From NCBI GenBank assembly GCA_965199495.1, contig CBDASK010000003.1, positions 64,001 to 128,000 of the forward strand: a stretch of 64,000 nucleotides of DNA. The letters are read 5' to 3'. Shown piece by piece: positions 1-9,532 of this stretch. This DNA comes from Abditibacterium sp. Its GTDB lineage: Bacteria > Armatimonadota > Abditibacteriia > Abditibacteriales > Abditibacteriaceae. The notes under the pieces are model-generated. The model saw nothing but the letters and a program-made list of their open reading frames with translations. It had not been told where the DNA came from and searched no databases. The translations under genes were made by a program, and so were the position numbers. Positions within the stretch are counted from its first letter, which is position 1. Each line of letters begins with the position of its first letter.

Positions 1-2736
1 AGCCCCAACGCGATGCAGAAAGTGTTGGGCAACGCCGTTTCGTGGCGCGGCATCGCCGTCGAAAGCGCCGATTTCCAATGGCACAACGCGCCCGCAGACG
101 TAAAAATCCGAGGCTATCGTCCGTCTTCAAAGCCGACAAAAACAGTGGATTCGTGGGTTGCTTATGTGCTTCCGGCCCATTCCGAAACTCTGGTTTTCAT
201 CAACGATCTGGGCTGGGACAAAAGCGCGACCTCGCGCATTGCCGAACTTCAACGTACGTCGCCGTTCACCACCGCGTTCGTTCTGAATTTCGCGGACGAC
301 GCCGCGCGCGCCACGTTTTTCCGCGAACAAAATTTCGAGACCGTTCCGACGCGTTTGATTTCCGAACTGCCCAAACCGGCGCGCGCCATCGGCACGCCGC
401 ACGTCAGCAACCGCACAGCGTTCGATGCGCAATTGCATCAAATCCAGGCGCCATCGGGCGGTGTGGCGGCGTCGTTCGCTGCGGGCGATGACGGTTCGGA
501 TGCCGACTTTGAGAATCTGAAAATTTGGGCGCGCGCCGCGCCGCTCGACGCGAAAAATTGGCCCGATTTCAAGCGATTGTATAAAGCCATCGAAGCGCGG
601 TTGTGGCCGCCGATGGGCCGTTTTCGTTGGGACGCAACCGAAGCCGATTTCGCCGCGACGCCGATTCCGAGTGAGCGAGATTTGGAATTGTTGGGCGTTT
701 TGATGGGCCGCTTGGACGAACACAACGCGCAACGCGGCGCGGGCCAACCCGTCGCGCCGCAACCGACGATTGCGCAATGGGCTTTGAGTGCCGTTAGCAA
801 TTTAGTCGGTCGCCCCAATGCAGCCACGGCGAGCGGGCCAAGCGCCAACACGCTTGCTTATATGAAGCGGCGCGCGACGAAATTATTGACATTTTTGCGC
901 GGTAACCAAGATTTGTCCGAGCGACGCCGCCATGCGCTCGCGCCTTTGGTTTGTGGCCTATTGCAACGCGATAAATGTCTGGATATTTCGGAGACTTTGG
1001 TGGGGCGTTTGAAGTTGGGCGAAACCGAGGTTTTGGCCGCTCATCCCGCAGCGATTGCGCGCGTGTGGGCGAATATAACGGTGCCATTGACCATCGCGCG
1101 TTGGTCTTACGATTGGCTGGAAGAACACCAACAAATTATCGAGGTTTCGCCAGTGCAGTTGCGACGCTTTGTCGAGTTGCCCGATGTGAATTGGACGCTG
1201 AAACTCGCGCCCGCCGCGTTGCAAAAAGATCAGATTTGGCCGCGCGATTTTGGTTTGCGAGATTTTTCGCGCGTCTTGCAGGGCAACGCGCAAAATATGA
1301 CGAACGGCGTTTGGGTCAACACGCAATTTTTGCAGCGACGCGACGAAATCGTGAATTTATTCGCGCGTTTCCCGCAACTCGAACTTGACAAACGTTGGTT
1401 GCGCGATTCGATTTCGCAGGTCAGTGACGAAATCACGCTCGATTGGCTGGCGCCGTGGCTGAACGAGTGGGCGCGCGACGGCGAGTTTTCGCTGATCGAA
1501 AAAATGTCGCCCGACCTGCAAAATCGCTTCAACACGGCAATTGTCGCGGTTTTTTCGCAGGGATTATCGCTGGAAAAATGGCGAGAACTCACGAACGCGC
1601 CGGAATTGTTGCCATTGCTGGCGCCCGCGCTCCAACAAATGTCGATTTCGAGTAAAATCGCCGATTATATTTGGTCGTTGCCCGCCGACAAACGCGATCC
1701 GATTTTGAGAGCATTGGAAGAGAATCCGGCGTTGTTACCGATCATCGAAGACCACGCGCGCCGTTTGGATTGGGCGTTCATCGCGCCACTTTCAGCAGTG
1801 CAATGGGAATGTTTCGCGCGGACAGTGTCCGCGACTTTTCCCGACGGAATTAGCGCCGACGATTGGGCGCAAATCGCCGAATTACCGTTTGAAGCGGGCC
1901 ACAAATTTTTGCCATTGGGCACCGGATTCTGGCAGTTTGTTTTGCCGCTTGAAAGCGAAAATCGCGCGCGGTGGATCGCGCGCGTCGGAGCAGAGCGCGC
2001 GAGTCGCGAGTTCGCCAGCCAAAGCGCGGCGATTTTCGAGGAATTGCTCGATTCGGATGAGACGGGTTTGGACGAATTGGGCGACGCGTGGCTCGATGCA
2101 CAGTTGTCGCAAATCGCGTTTGATAGCGAACTCATCATTAAATTGGCGCAAAGCAACGTTTCGGATTGGCAAGCGCGCGCGTTGTCGCATTTGCGTTCCG
2201 CCGAACTGCGCTTGCCGGTGGCTCTTCGTCTGATGGAAAGCGAACTGCCGATTTTGGAGCGTGTGGCCGCGCCGTTTTTCTCGGACGAAAACAAGAACTG
2301 GAGCGAGCGTGTTCTGGCGCTCGCCGATTCGCCGAAAATAGCGGCGCGCGCCCTCGCATTGCAATTGTTGGAAGAATTTCCCCGGCGTTGGACGCCCGAT
2401 TTGTTGCGCCAGTTGGCGCAGCACGATGACGCGGGCATTCAAGCGTTTGTCGCGGCGCAATTGAAAAATGCGCCCGCTAAAGTCGTCGAATCCAAGGCGA
2501 TTGAAACGTTCGATAGCGCGATAATTAACGCGCGCGGGCGAGGGCGACGGGCCAAAGAAAGCGTGAAAGCGCGCGCGGGTAAGTTTGACCGCGAAACGTT
2601 GCTCGAAGCCGCGCGCAACGGCGCGCCGCGCGACCGCGAATGGGCACTGCGACAATTGGTTCTGGCGTCATTGGCGGGCGAGAACGTCGAAGGATTAGAT
2701 GTCGCGGGCGCGTTTGCGAAGGCGGATTCGCGATAG
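1..2736 (+). CDS. Large alpha-helical HEAT/ARM-repeat-like protein, probable retron type XIII accessory protein; probably 5'-truncated by the window edge
   Basis: The frame is open from base 1 (first ATG at 13). The Leu/Trp-rich helical C-terminus (ADSPKIAARALALQLLE...LLRQLAQHDDAGIQAFVAAQL...RGRGRRAKESVK) resembles ARM/HEAT proteins found next to SWIM and RT genes. Co-oriented with both. Confidence 0.6.
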   Translation, partial: SPNAMQKVLGNAVSWRGIAVESADFQWHNAPADVKIRGYRPSSKPTKTVDSWVAYVLPAHSETLVFINDLGWDKSATSRIAELQRTSPFTTAFVLNFADDAARATFFREQNFETVPTRLISELPKPARAIGTPHVSNRTAFDAQLHQIQAPSGGVAASFAAGDDGSDADFENLKIWARAAPLDAKNWPDFKRLYKAIEARLWPPMGRFRWDATEADFAATPIPSERDLELLGVLMGRLDEHNAQRGAGQPVAPQPTIAQWALSAVSNLVGRPNAATASGPSANTLAYMKRRATKLLTFLRGNQDLSERRRHALAPLVCGLLQRDKCLDISETLVGRLKLGETEVLAAHPAAIARVWANITVPLTIARWSYDWLEEHQQIIEVSPVQLRRFVELPDVNWTLKLAPAALQKDQIWPRDFGLRDFSRVLQGNAQNMTNGVWVNTQFLQRRDEIVNLFARFPQLELDKRWLRDSISQVSDEITLDWLAPWLNEWARDGEFSLIEKMSPDLQNRFNTAIVAVFSQGLSLEKWRELTNAPELLPLLAPALQQMSISSKIADYIWSLPADKRDPILRALEENPALLPIIEDHARRLDWAFIAPLSAVQWECFARTVSATFPDGISADDWAQIAELPFEAGHKFLPLGTGFWQFVLPLESENRARWIARVGAERASREFASQSAAIFEELLDSDETGLDELGDAWLDAQLSQIAFDSELIIKLAQSNVSDWQARALSHLRSAELRLPVALRLMESELPILERVAAPFFSDENKNWSERVLALADSPKIAARALALQLLEEFPRRWTPDLLRQLAQHDDAGIQAFVAAQLKNAPAKVVESKAIETFDSAIINARGRGRRAKESVKARAGKFDRETLLEAARNGAPRDREWALRQLVLASLAGENVEGLDVAGAFAKADSR

Positions 2737-2973
2737 GTTTCGGAACTGGCATTGAACCATGAAGCGCCTCTGACTCACACCCCCTCTGACTTCGTCATCT
2801 CCCCCTCCGAGAGGGGAAGAATGCCTCATTAGGGTGAAGAGCTTACCTGGTAAATACGAAGCGGCGAAAGTTAATTCGGCATTCTTCCCCTCTCGGAGGG
2901 GGAGATGACGAAGTCAGAGGGGGTGTGAGTCAGAGGCGCTTCATGGTTCAATGCCAGTTCCGAAACCTATCGC
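2730..2973. repeat. Perfect inverted repeat with 96-bp arms (2730-2825 / 2878-2973) and a 52-nt loop; REP/CIR-like core
   Basis: Arms read as exact reverse complements. The left arm includes the upstream TAG stop. The core ccccctctgacttcgtcatctccccc contains a small TGAC-TTC-GTCA hairpin. Confidence 0.95.
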
Positions 2974-2987
2974 CAGGAAAATTTATC

Positions 2988-4703
2988 ATGGAAATCACAC
3001 AATCTTACGCCACGCCTTCGACCGCGCAGCCACGCGGCGACGGTCTGGGTTTTTCGCTTTCGACCGAGGCCGCGCGGCCCGGCGTGCATCTCGAAGCTCT
3101 GGTCAAAAAATCGCGTTCCTACGGGCGCGTGATGCTCGCTTTACACCGCGTCGTTGCGGGCGACGCGCGTTTTCAAGAAGCCGATCATTCGGCCTATCAA
3201 GCGTGGGTGCGCGGCCAATATCTGCTCGAATTGGCGCAAGACCAGAAGCAATTGCAACAGAAATTGCCCGCGTTACAGCAGGAATTGGACGAGATTAAAA
3301 CGCAATTGCAACCGCTCGACACGCGCTCAAACGAACTTTATCTGGAACTGCAAAAGTTGGGGCGCGAGGGCAGCAAATCGTTTTACGAGGCTCAGCGCAA
3401 CTACTGGCAATATCTCTATCGCGCCGATAAAGCGTTATGGTGGGTTTTGGATCCGGTGGTTTCGGTTCATCCCGACGCCACGCTTTTCGAGGTGTTTTCG
3501 CGCGACGAATCGAGTTACGGTTGCGTGCGCGTGCCGACCAAAAATCTCGATGTTGTGGGCGACGTGGCTTATGGCACGACGAACGTGGATTATTCGCAAG
3601 CGTTGGCCAACGAAATGGCGCGCGTGCGCGATTACAGACGCGCATGGTTGGGCGTTGGACAAACGGGCATCAGCGTGGCGACGACGGCGGGCGCGCGCGT
3701 TGAAAAGAAGATTGATTTGCCGCCTTCTTGGGTGCGCGGCTTTTTGCAAGTCCAAAGCGCGAGCGCGTTGGCGACGATAAATTTGTCATTGTCGGCCACC
3801 GTCGTCGCCGAAATTTTGCGAGTGTTGAATGCACGCCGCGAAGACAAAGGCCCGCGCTCGCTGAAATTCGATTTAAAACCGGGGCAGTTGCCGACAATCG
3901 AAATCGAACCGTGGGGCGAAATCGTGCGCGAAACGCAGTTTAAATATGCGGGAAAAACCGCGCAAACCGTGCGGATTTGGGGACGGCGGCGCTTATCGGT
4001 TTTGAGCGAAATGTTGCCGCACGCGCGCGAAGTCGAGGTGCGCTTGCTGGGCGACGGCTTGCCGTCGTTCTGGGCGTTGGAACTCGAAGGCCATCGTTTC
4101 GAGCTGGGTTTGTCGGGCTGGACGACCAACGATTGGAGCGCCGCCGCGCGTTTCGATGCGCTCGCTTCGAGCAGCCACGTCGGCGACGAACTGTTGAAGA
4201 CGGCGGCGCGCGAGTTAGAAAAGGCGCTGATTTTGACGCCGGTTCAACTCGCCGAAATCACCGATTCCAATCGCGCACAGGCGACGAGTGCATTGCAAAA
4301 GCTATGCAGTCAGGGCCGCGCGATGTGGGATTCGGTGATTAAATCGTATCGCTGGCGGCAACTGTTGCCGTTCGCGGCGCCCGAAACGCCGCTCGATACC
4401 AAAGCGAAATCGGCGGTGCGTTGGGTTGAAGGCGGCAAAGTGAAAGTCGCTAAAGTTGACGATAAAGAAATCGAAAAAGACGATTTCTTGAAGCGTTACA
4501 ACGCGCCCGATGTTCAGTTTTGGGCGGCGGAAGTGAACTCGGAAGGCGGCCAGTTTAATCCGTTGTGGGCCAGCGACGCCGATGGTCGCGTGAAATTTTG
4601 GCAATGCACCTGCGGCGAGTTTCGCCGCGACAAAGGGCGCGGCGGGCCGTGCGCGCATTTGCTGGCGGGCTTGGGACAGGTCGAAGCGGAGGGAAAACGA
4701 TGA
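2988..4703 (+). CDS. SWIM zinc-finger protein (571 aa)
   Basis: C-terminal CxC..CxH motif CTCGEFRRDKGRGGPCAH; conserved blocks LDPVVSVHPD, FEVFSRDESSYG, TTNVDYS, EKKIDLPPSWVRGFLQVQSA. ATG at 2988 follows AGGAAA; the longer ORF start at 2925 lies inside the palindrome. Confidence 0.85.
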   Translation: MEITQSYATPSTAQPRGDGLGFSLSTEAARPGVHLEALVKKSRSYGRVMLALHRVVAGDARFQEADHSAYQAWVRGQYLLELAQDQKQLQQKLPALQQELDEIKTQLQPLDTRSNELYLELQKLGREGSKSFYEAQRNYWQYLYRADKALWWVLDPVVSVHPDATLFEVFSRDESSYGCVRVPTKNLDVVGDVAYGTTNVDYSQALANEMARVRDYRRAWLGVGQTGISVATTAGARVEKKIDLPPSWVRGFLQVQSASALATINLSLSATVVAEILRVLNARREDKGPRSLKFDLKPGQLPTIEIEPWGEIVRETQFKYAGKTAQTVRIWGRRRLSVLSEMLPHAREVEVRLLGDGLPSFWALELEGHRFELGLSGWTTNDWSAAARFDALASSSHVGDELLKTAARELEKALILTPVQLAEITDSNRAQATSALQKLCSQGRAMWDSVIKSYRWRQLLPFAAPETPLDTKAKSAVRWVEGGKVKVAKVDDKEIEKDDFLKRYNAPDVQFWAAEVNSEGGQFNPLWASDADGRVKFWQCTCGEFRRDKGRGGPCAHLLAGLGQVEAEGKR

Positions 4704-6133
4704 GCGATTGGCGCAAACAAATCAAAGAACTGGGCAAACGCGAGTTTCAGCGGCGCGAAATGGAACGGTTGGGTTTCTGGCCGCCGCCCGCGCAGGGTTC
4801 CGACCAAGCGCGCGATGTGCAAAGCCAATTGAGCGCGCTCAACGTCGAAATGCGCGCCGTGGCTGATCGTAGTCGGCCCCTGCGATTGCGCGAAAATCAA
4901 ATCGAAAAAGAATTGTCCGAAGCGGGCAATCTCGAAGCGCAACTCGCCGAAATTCGGCGGCGCCGCATCGAACGCGTTAAAGCCGCGCGATTGGAAAAAC
5001 GCGCGCGCCGCGAACGCGAAACCGTCGAAAAACGCGCGCGCGACCAGCAATGGCGCGCCGAGAATCTGCCGTTTTTAGGACGCGGCGTCTCCAAACGCCT
5101 GAACTTTGCCGAGCCGTCCGACGCCACGAAACTGGGCGAAATCGGATTGCCGGTTTTGAACAATCCCGCCGACGTGGCTGCTCTGTTGGAAATCACGATT
5201 CCGCAGTTGGCGTGGCTCTGCTATCATCGCGAGGCGGCGCCGATTGACCATTATTCGCGCTTCACGATTCCAAAACGCAACGGCGGATTGCGCGCGATTT
5301 CGGCGCCGCGACCGTATTTAAAAGCGGCGCAAACGCGCATTTTGCGCGCGATTTTGGAACTCGTGCCGCTTCACGAGGCGGCGATGGCGTTTCGGCCCGC
5401 GCGCAATATCGGCGATAATGCGATGATTCATTCGCACGCGCAAAGCGGCGGGCCAGCCGTTATTTTGCGCGTGGATTTGAAAGATTTCTTTCCGTCTATC
5501 ACTTTCAAACGCATCGCCGGAGTTTTCGCGCAATTGGGCTATAACGGCGGCGTTGCGACATTGCTCGCGCTGATTTGCACCGAACCGCCGCGCGTCGCGG
5601 CGACGCTCGACGGACAGACCAGCCACGTCGCGTTGGGCGCGCGCTTTGTGCCGCAGGGCGCGCCGACTTCGCCCGCCTTGACCAATATTTTGTGCCGCCG
5701 ATTAGATTCGCGATTGAGCGGTATGGCGCGCGCCTACAATTTTAATTACACGCGCTACGCCGACGATTTGGTGTTTTCTTCGACCAAAGGCGCCGATGCG
5801 ATTCATCTAAAAAATGGCGTGATGCAAATTTTGGAAGACGAAAATCTTGCCGTCAATCCCGATAAAATTGATTTCGCGCGGCGCGGCCAACGCCAGAGCG
5901 TGACAGGTTTAGTCGTCAACGGTGAGCGTGGCCCGCGCCCGTCGCGGCGCGATTTGCGGCGGTTTCGCGCCGTCATGCACGATATTGGGTGCAATGGCGC
6001 CGATGCGGTTTCCGAGAAAATGGGTCAGAGCGCGCTGTGTTGGGCGCGCGGTTATCTGGCGTTCGTGCAGGGGTGCGCGCCCGAAATCGCGAGCGGTTTG
6101 CGCGAAAAATACGCGAGTGTTTTGACGGTATAA
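4700..6133 (+). CDS. Retron-type reverse transcriptase (477 aa) with an N-terminal coiled-coil extension
   Basis: IPKRNGGLRAISAP, NAMIH (retron NAxxH), DLKDFFPSI, PQGAPTSPALTN, YTRYADDL, QSVTGLVVN (retron VTG). ATG at 4700 overlaps the SWIM stop codon (ATGA). Confidence 0.93.
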   Translation: MSDWRKQIKELGKREFQRREMERLGFWPPPAQGSDQARDVQSQLSALNVEMRAVADRSRPLRLRENQIEKELSEAGNLEAQLAEIRRRRIERVKAARLEKRARRERETVEKRARDQQWRAENLPFLGRGVSKRLNFAEPSDATKLGEIGLPVLNNPADVAALLEITIPQLAWLCYHREAAPIDHYSRFTIPKRNGGLRAISAPRPYLKAAQTRILRAILELVPLHEAAMAFRPARNIGDNAMIHSHAQSGGPAVILRVDLKDFFPSITFKRIAGVFAQLGYNGGVATLLALICTEPPRVAATLDGQTSHVALGARFVPQGAPTSPALTNILCRRLDSRLSGMARAYNFNYTRYADDLVFSSTKGADAIHLKNGVMQILEDENLAVNPDKIDFARRGQRQSVTGLVVNGERGPRPSRRDLRRFRAVMHDIGCNGADAVSEKMGQSALCWARGYLAFVQGCAPEIASGLREKYASVLTV

Positions 6134-6141
6134 TCTTTTCT

Positions 6142-7356
6142 ATGAAATTCACGGTTTTCATCGCCAGCATTTTGGCGTTCGCCGCTCCCATTGCTCACGC
6201 GCAGGATGCGTCTAACGTCAACGGCTATAGCGCGTTAGTTGAGGCCGGAAAACTCATCATGCCCGATGCCAGAGACGAAATGCGCGACCTCGTGCCGCCC
6301 GCCGAAAATCTGGCGCGCCAAAGGGCATCGGTTGAGCGCAATGCAATCGCGTTGGTTTTAGCGCGCGAGGCGTTGGCGCAACCAATTACGATCCCTGCGC
6401 CTGAAAGTCCGCAGAATATCAGCGCAGAAAGTCTCATAGATTTTCAAAAGTTAGCGCGCCAATTTCTCGCGGAATCAGACGTGCGCTTGGCCAATAGTGA
6501 CGCGGCGGGCGCGCTCGATTCGCGTTTGACGATGCTGCAACTCGGTCGTGCCACCGCGCATGATGCGCCTTACACTCACACGCTGGTTGGCCTGAGCATC
6601 GAAGGCATGGCGCGCAAAAACATCGAGTTCGTCGCGGCCCGGTTGGATGCGCCGCAAATTCGCGCGGCGCTGATTCGATTGGATTCGATCAACGCACAAA
6701 GCACAAATTTAGTCGCCGTTCTAAGAGTCGAGAAACCGTCAACGCTACGAGCCGTCGGCGCGGCGTTATCCGCCGTCACGCCGCAAGACTTGAACAAATC
6801 AAAGGCCATACTCGCGACACCCGAAGGCCGCCGTGAAGCCGGGCTTTCGGACGAAGAGGCCAAACTTTCCGTCGAGTTGTTAGAAATGAACGCGGAATTG
6901 GTCAAAGCGAAAATTGGCGAGGCCTTCGATTTTTATATCGCGCGCGCAGACTTACCCTATCAACAATCGCTTTCCAATTTCCCCAACCCCAACCCAGCGA
7001 CTGACGTGTTTTCAGACAAATTTAAAGATCCGCTAATACGCTTTGTTTTTGAGCGCAATCGCGTTAACAATGATTGGCTACGCGCCGCGCTCGAACTGCG
7101 CGCCATCCAACTGGAAACCGGCCAATATCCAGCGAGTTACGACGCCGGAACCGATCCGTTTTCTTTCCCCACTGCGTCCTACATTTACCGGCGTGAAGCC
7201 GACAAATATCTGCTTTATAGCGTCGGGCCTGACGGCAAAGACGAGGGCGGCGCCGAAATTCAGACGCTGCAAACCAACTCGCAAACCGGAGTCAATAGCG
7301 TCAATAGCGTTTTGAACACCAACTCGCTCGGTGACATCGTTGCCCCAATATTTTAG
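6142..7356 (+). CDS. Secreted hypothetical protein with a C-terminal GspG-like tail
   Basis: Signal peptide MKFTVFIASILAFAAPIAHA; C-terminal DPF...YLLYSVGPDGKDEGG; TATAAT 7 nt upstream of the ATG. Confidence 0.7.
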   Translation: MKFTVFIASILAFAAPIAHAQDASNVNGYSALVEAGKLIMPDARDEMRDLVPPAENLARQRASVERNAIALVLAREALAQPITIPAPESPQNISAESLIDFQKLARQFLAESDVRLANSDAAGALDSRLTMLQLGRATAHDAPYTHTLVGLSIEGMARKNIEFVAARLDAPQIRAALIRLDSINAQSTNLVAVLRVEKPSTLRAVGAALSAVTPQDLNKSKAILATPEGRREAGLSDEEAKLSVELLEMNAELVKAKIGEAFDFYIARADLPYQQSLSNFPNPNPATDVFSDKFKDPLIRFVFERNRVNNDWLRAALELRAIQLETGQYPASYDAGTDPFSFPTASYIYRREADKYLLYSVGPDGKDEGGAEIQTLQTNSQTGVNSVNSVLNTNSLGDIVAPIF

Positions 7357-7363
7357 CACGATA

Positions 7364-9421
7364 TTATCCGCCGACGTGAACGCGCGGACGCCGCGCCGGA
7401 TCAGGTTCGGCTTCGCGCAAAACTTCGTGGGTGACGGGCGGCACGTCGCCCTGACCGAAGACGATGTAGTTGAAGATGTAAACCAGCGGATTGCCTTCCG
7501 TCCACGCGAAATAAACGTGGGGAATGACGCCGGTTTCGTCGCGAATGCGCAGCATCAAAGCGGCGATGGCGTTGGGCACCGTCGTGGCGTAAACGCGCAA
7601 AATTTGAAAGCCGTGACGTTCTTCGCCGCGCACGTTGATGGCGCCCGAAAAGTTGGAGGCGTCCACAACCGTCACTTCGAGAAAGATAATCGGGTCGCCT
7701 TCGGGAATGTGATTGTTCTCACGCTTTTCCAATTCTTTCTCGCGATATTCGGCTTCGTCGCGCGCGCCGGGATGGTTGGCGACGATGCGGATGTGGCCAC
7801 GCGCAGCCTGCTCGATAATTTCCTGCGCTTTAGTATCAATGTTGAACTCTTCGGCGCGCAGTTCGGTGGTGCGATAAACGCGCGATAACAGCGACAACGC
7901 TACGATGCCCGCGATGAAAATCAAGGCGATTTTCAGGCCGCCCGGATCGTCGCGGATGGTGACGGCGGTGGTATAAACGAAAATCGCGCACACGATGCCA
8001 AAACCAATCATCATTTTGGTCTGGCCCGCGCGTTTGGCGCTCATCGTCACGGCGACGGTGGCTGATGTCATCAACGCCAAAACGCCCGTCGCGTAGGCTC
8101 CGGCCTGCGCCTCGACATCGGCGTGAAAGGCGATGGTCACCAGAAAACAGATGCCGGTAAATATCAGCGTGAGCGGGCGCGTGGCGCGCATCCATTCGGG
8201 CGCCATGCCATAGCGCGGCAGATAGCGCGGCATGATGTTCAAAAGCCCGGCCATCGCCGAGGCGCCCGCGAACCACAAAATGCAGATCGTCGAGATGTCG
8301 TAGGCGGTACCGAAACCGTCGCCGAAAATATCGTGCGCCATGAACGCGAGCGCGCGCCCATACGCTTTGCCCGCTGGTTGCGCGGGCACGGCTTCCTGCG
8401 ACTGAATTTCGGGAGTGGTTTCGGTGCGCTCTTGAAATTCGATGGCGGGTTGCGCGAGTTGAGGCGCCTCAAACTCGGCGGGCGGCACGTAAAGCGTGGT
8501 GACGATCGCCGACAAAATCAGCATCACCGACATGATGCAGGCCGCCAACGTCAGTAGTTTGCGCGCGTTGCGAATGCGGCCCGTCGGCTTGTTTTCGTTG
8601 TCGTCGGGATCGCCCTGAATCAATGGCATCACCACGACGCCGGTTTCAAAGCCCGAAAGCCCCAACGCCAAACGCGGAAAAACCAAAAGCGAGGCGCCAA
8701 ACATCGCCAGATAGCCGGAATGTTCGGTAAAAAGTCGCGCTTTCCAACTGGAAATCAGCGCCGGATGATGGACGATCTGCAAGAAGCCACCGCCAATCAC
8801 CACCAAGTTCATCAGGATGAAAACGATGACCAAGGCGACCGCAATGCCGATGGCTTCGCCGAAACCTTTCAAGAAAACCGCGCCCAGCAAACTAATAAGA
8901 AACAGCGTAATCAACACGTTTTCGCCGTGCAGAAACGCGGGCGCGAACGGATTCTCGACGACGTGCGCCGCCGCGTCCGCCGCCGACAAAGTGATGGTAA
9001 TAATGAAACCGGTCGCCGCGAAACCGATGAGGGCCAGCACGAACATTTTGCCCTGCCACCATTTCAGCACGGTTTCGAGCATCGAAATCGAGCCGTCGCC
9101 GTGCGGCGATTCGTAGGCCACGCGCCGATACATCGGGAGCGCGCCGAACAGCGTCAAAATCACCAGAATCAGCGTGGCAAACGGCGCGAGAGCGCCCGCC
9201 GCCAGCGCCGCAATGCCCGGCTGATAACCCAATGTAGAAAAATAATCCACGCCCGTCAGGCACATCACTTTCCACCACGCGTGCGTATGTTCGACTTTGG
9301 ATTCGGAAATGCCGGGGCCTTCGTGCGTGCCGTCAACACGATGAGAGCGAGGGCCATCGGGCGAATCGTGTTGCGCGCTGGGCGAATCGGCTTGCAGTAA
9401 CCACTTACTAAATGCGGACAT
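7364..9421 (-). CDS. APC-superfamily permease (amino acid or KimA/YdaO-like cation transporter), paralog 1
   Basis: About 12 hydrophobic segments; motifs [15 protein letters not shown] and [12 protein letters not shown]; soluble C-terminal domain. Confidence 0.8.
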   Translation of the reverse strand: MSAFSKWLLQADSPSAQHDSPDGPRSHRVDGTHEGPGISESKVEHTHAWWKVMCLTGVDYFSTLGYQPGIAALAAGALAPFATLILVILTLFGALPMYRRVAYESPHGDGSISMLETVLKWWQGKMFVLALIGFAATGFIITITLSAADAAAHVVENPFAPAFLHGENVLITLFLISLLGAVFLKGFGEAIGIAVALVIVFILMNLVVIGGGFLQIVHHPALISSWKARLFTEHSGYLAMFGASLLVFPRLALGLSGFETGVVVMPLIQGDPDDNENKPTGRIRNARKLLTLAACIMSVMLILSAIVTTLYVPPAEFEAPQLAQPAIEFQERTETTPEIQSQEAVPAQPAGKAYGRALAFMAHDIFGDGFGTAYDISTICILWFAGASAMAGLLNIMPRYLPRYGMAPEWMRATRPLTLIFTGICFLVTIAFHADVEAQAGAYATGVLALMTSATVAVTMSAKRAGQTKMMIGFGIVCAIFVYTTAVTIRDDPGGLKIALIFIAGIVALSLLSRVYRTTELRAEEFNIDTKAQEIIEQAARGHIRIVANHPGARDEAEYREKELEKRENNHIPEGDPIIFLEVTVVDASNFSGAINVRGEERHGFQILRVYATTVPNAIAALMLRIRDETGVIPHVYFAWTEGNPLVYIFNYIVFGQGDVPPVTHEVLREAEPDPARRPRVHVGG

Positions 9422-9532
9422 GAGCCAAAAGGATAAGGGATAAAGGCCAGAGCATAAAGGATTTTTCTAAGAAATCGCAAATTTATTTCAATTTCTCGAT
9501 AAGATTCCAATGGTCAGACTTTATCCGTTACC

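Noticed and set aside
4700..6133. RT as a group II intron, DGR or CRISPR-associated RT
   Set aside because: It has the retron NAxxH and VTG motifs; no maturase or endonuclease domain, intron domain V, Cas1 or template/variable repeat pair was seen.
6142..7356. Downstream secreted protein as the retron effector
   Set aside because: It has its own -10 box and a signal peptide, which argues for an independent exported protein, although synteny was not tested.
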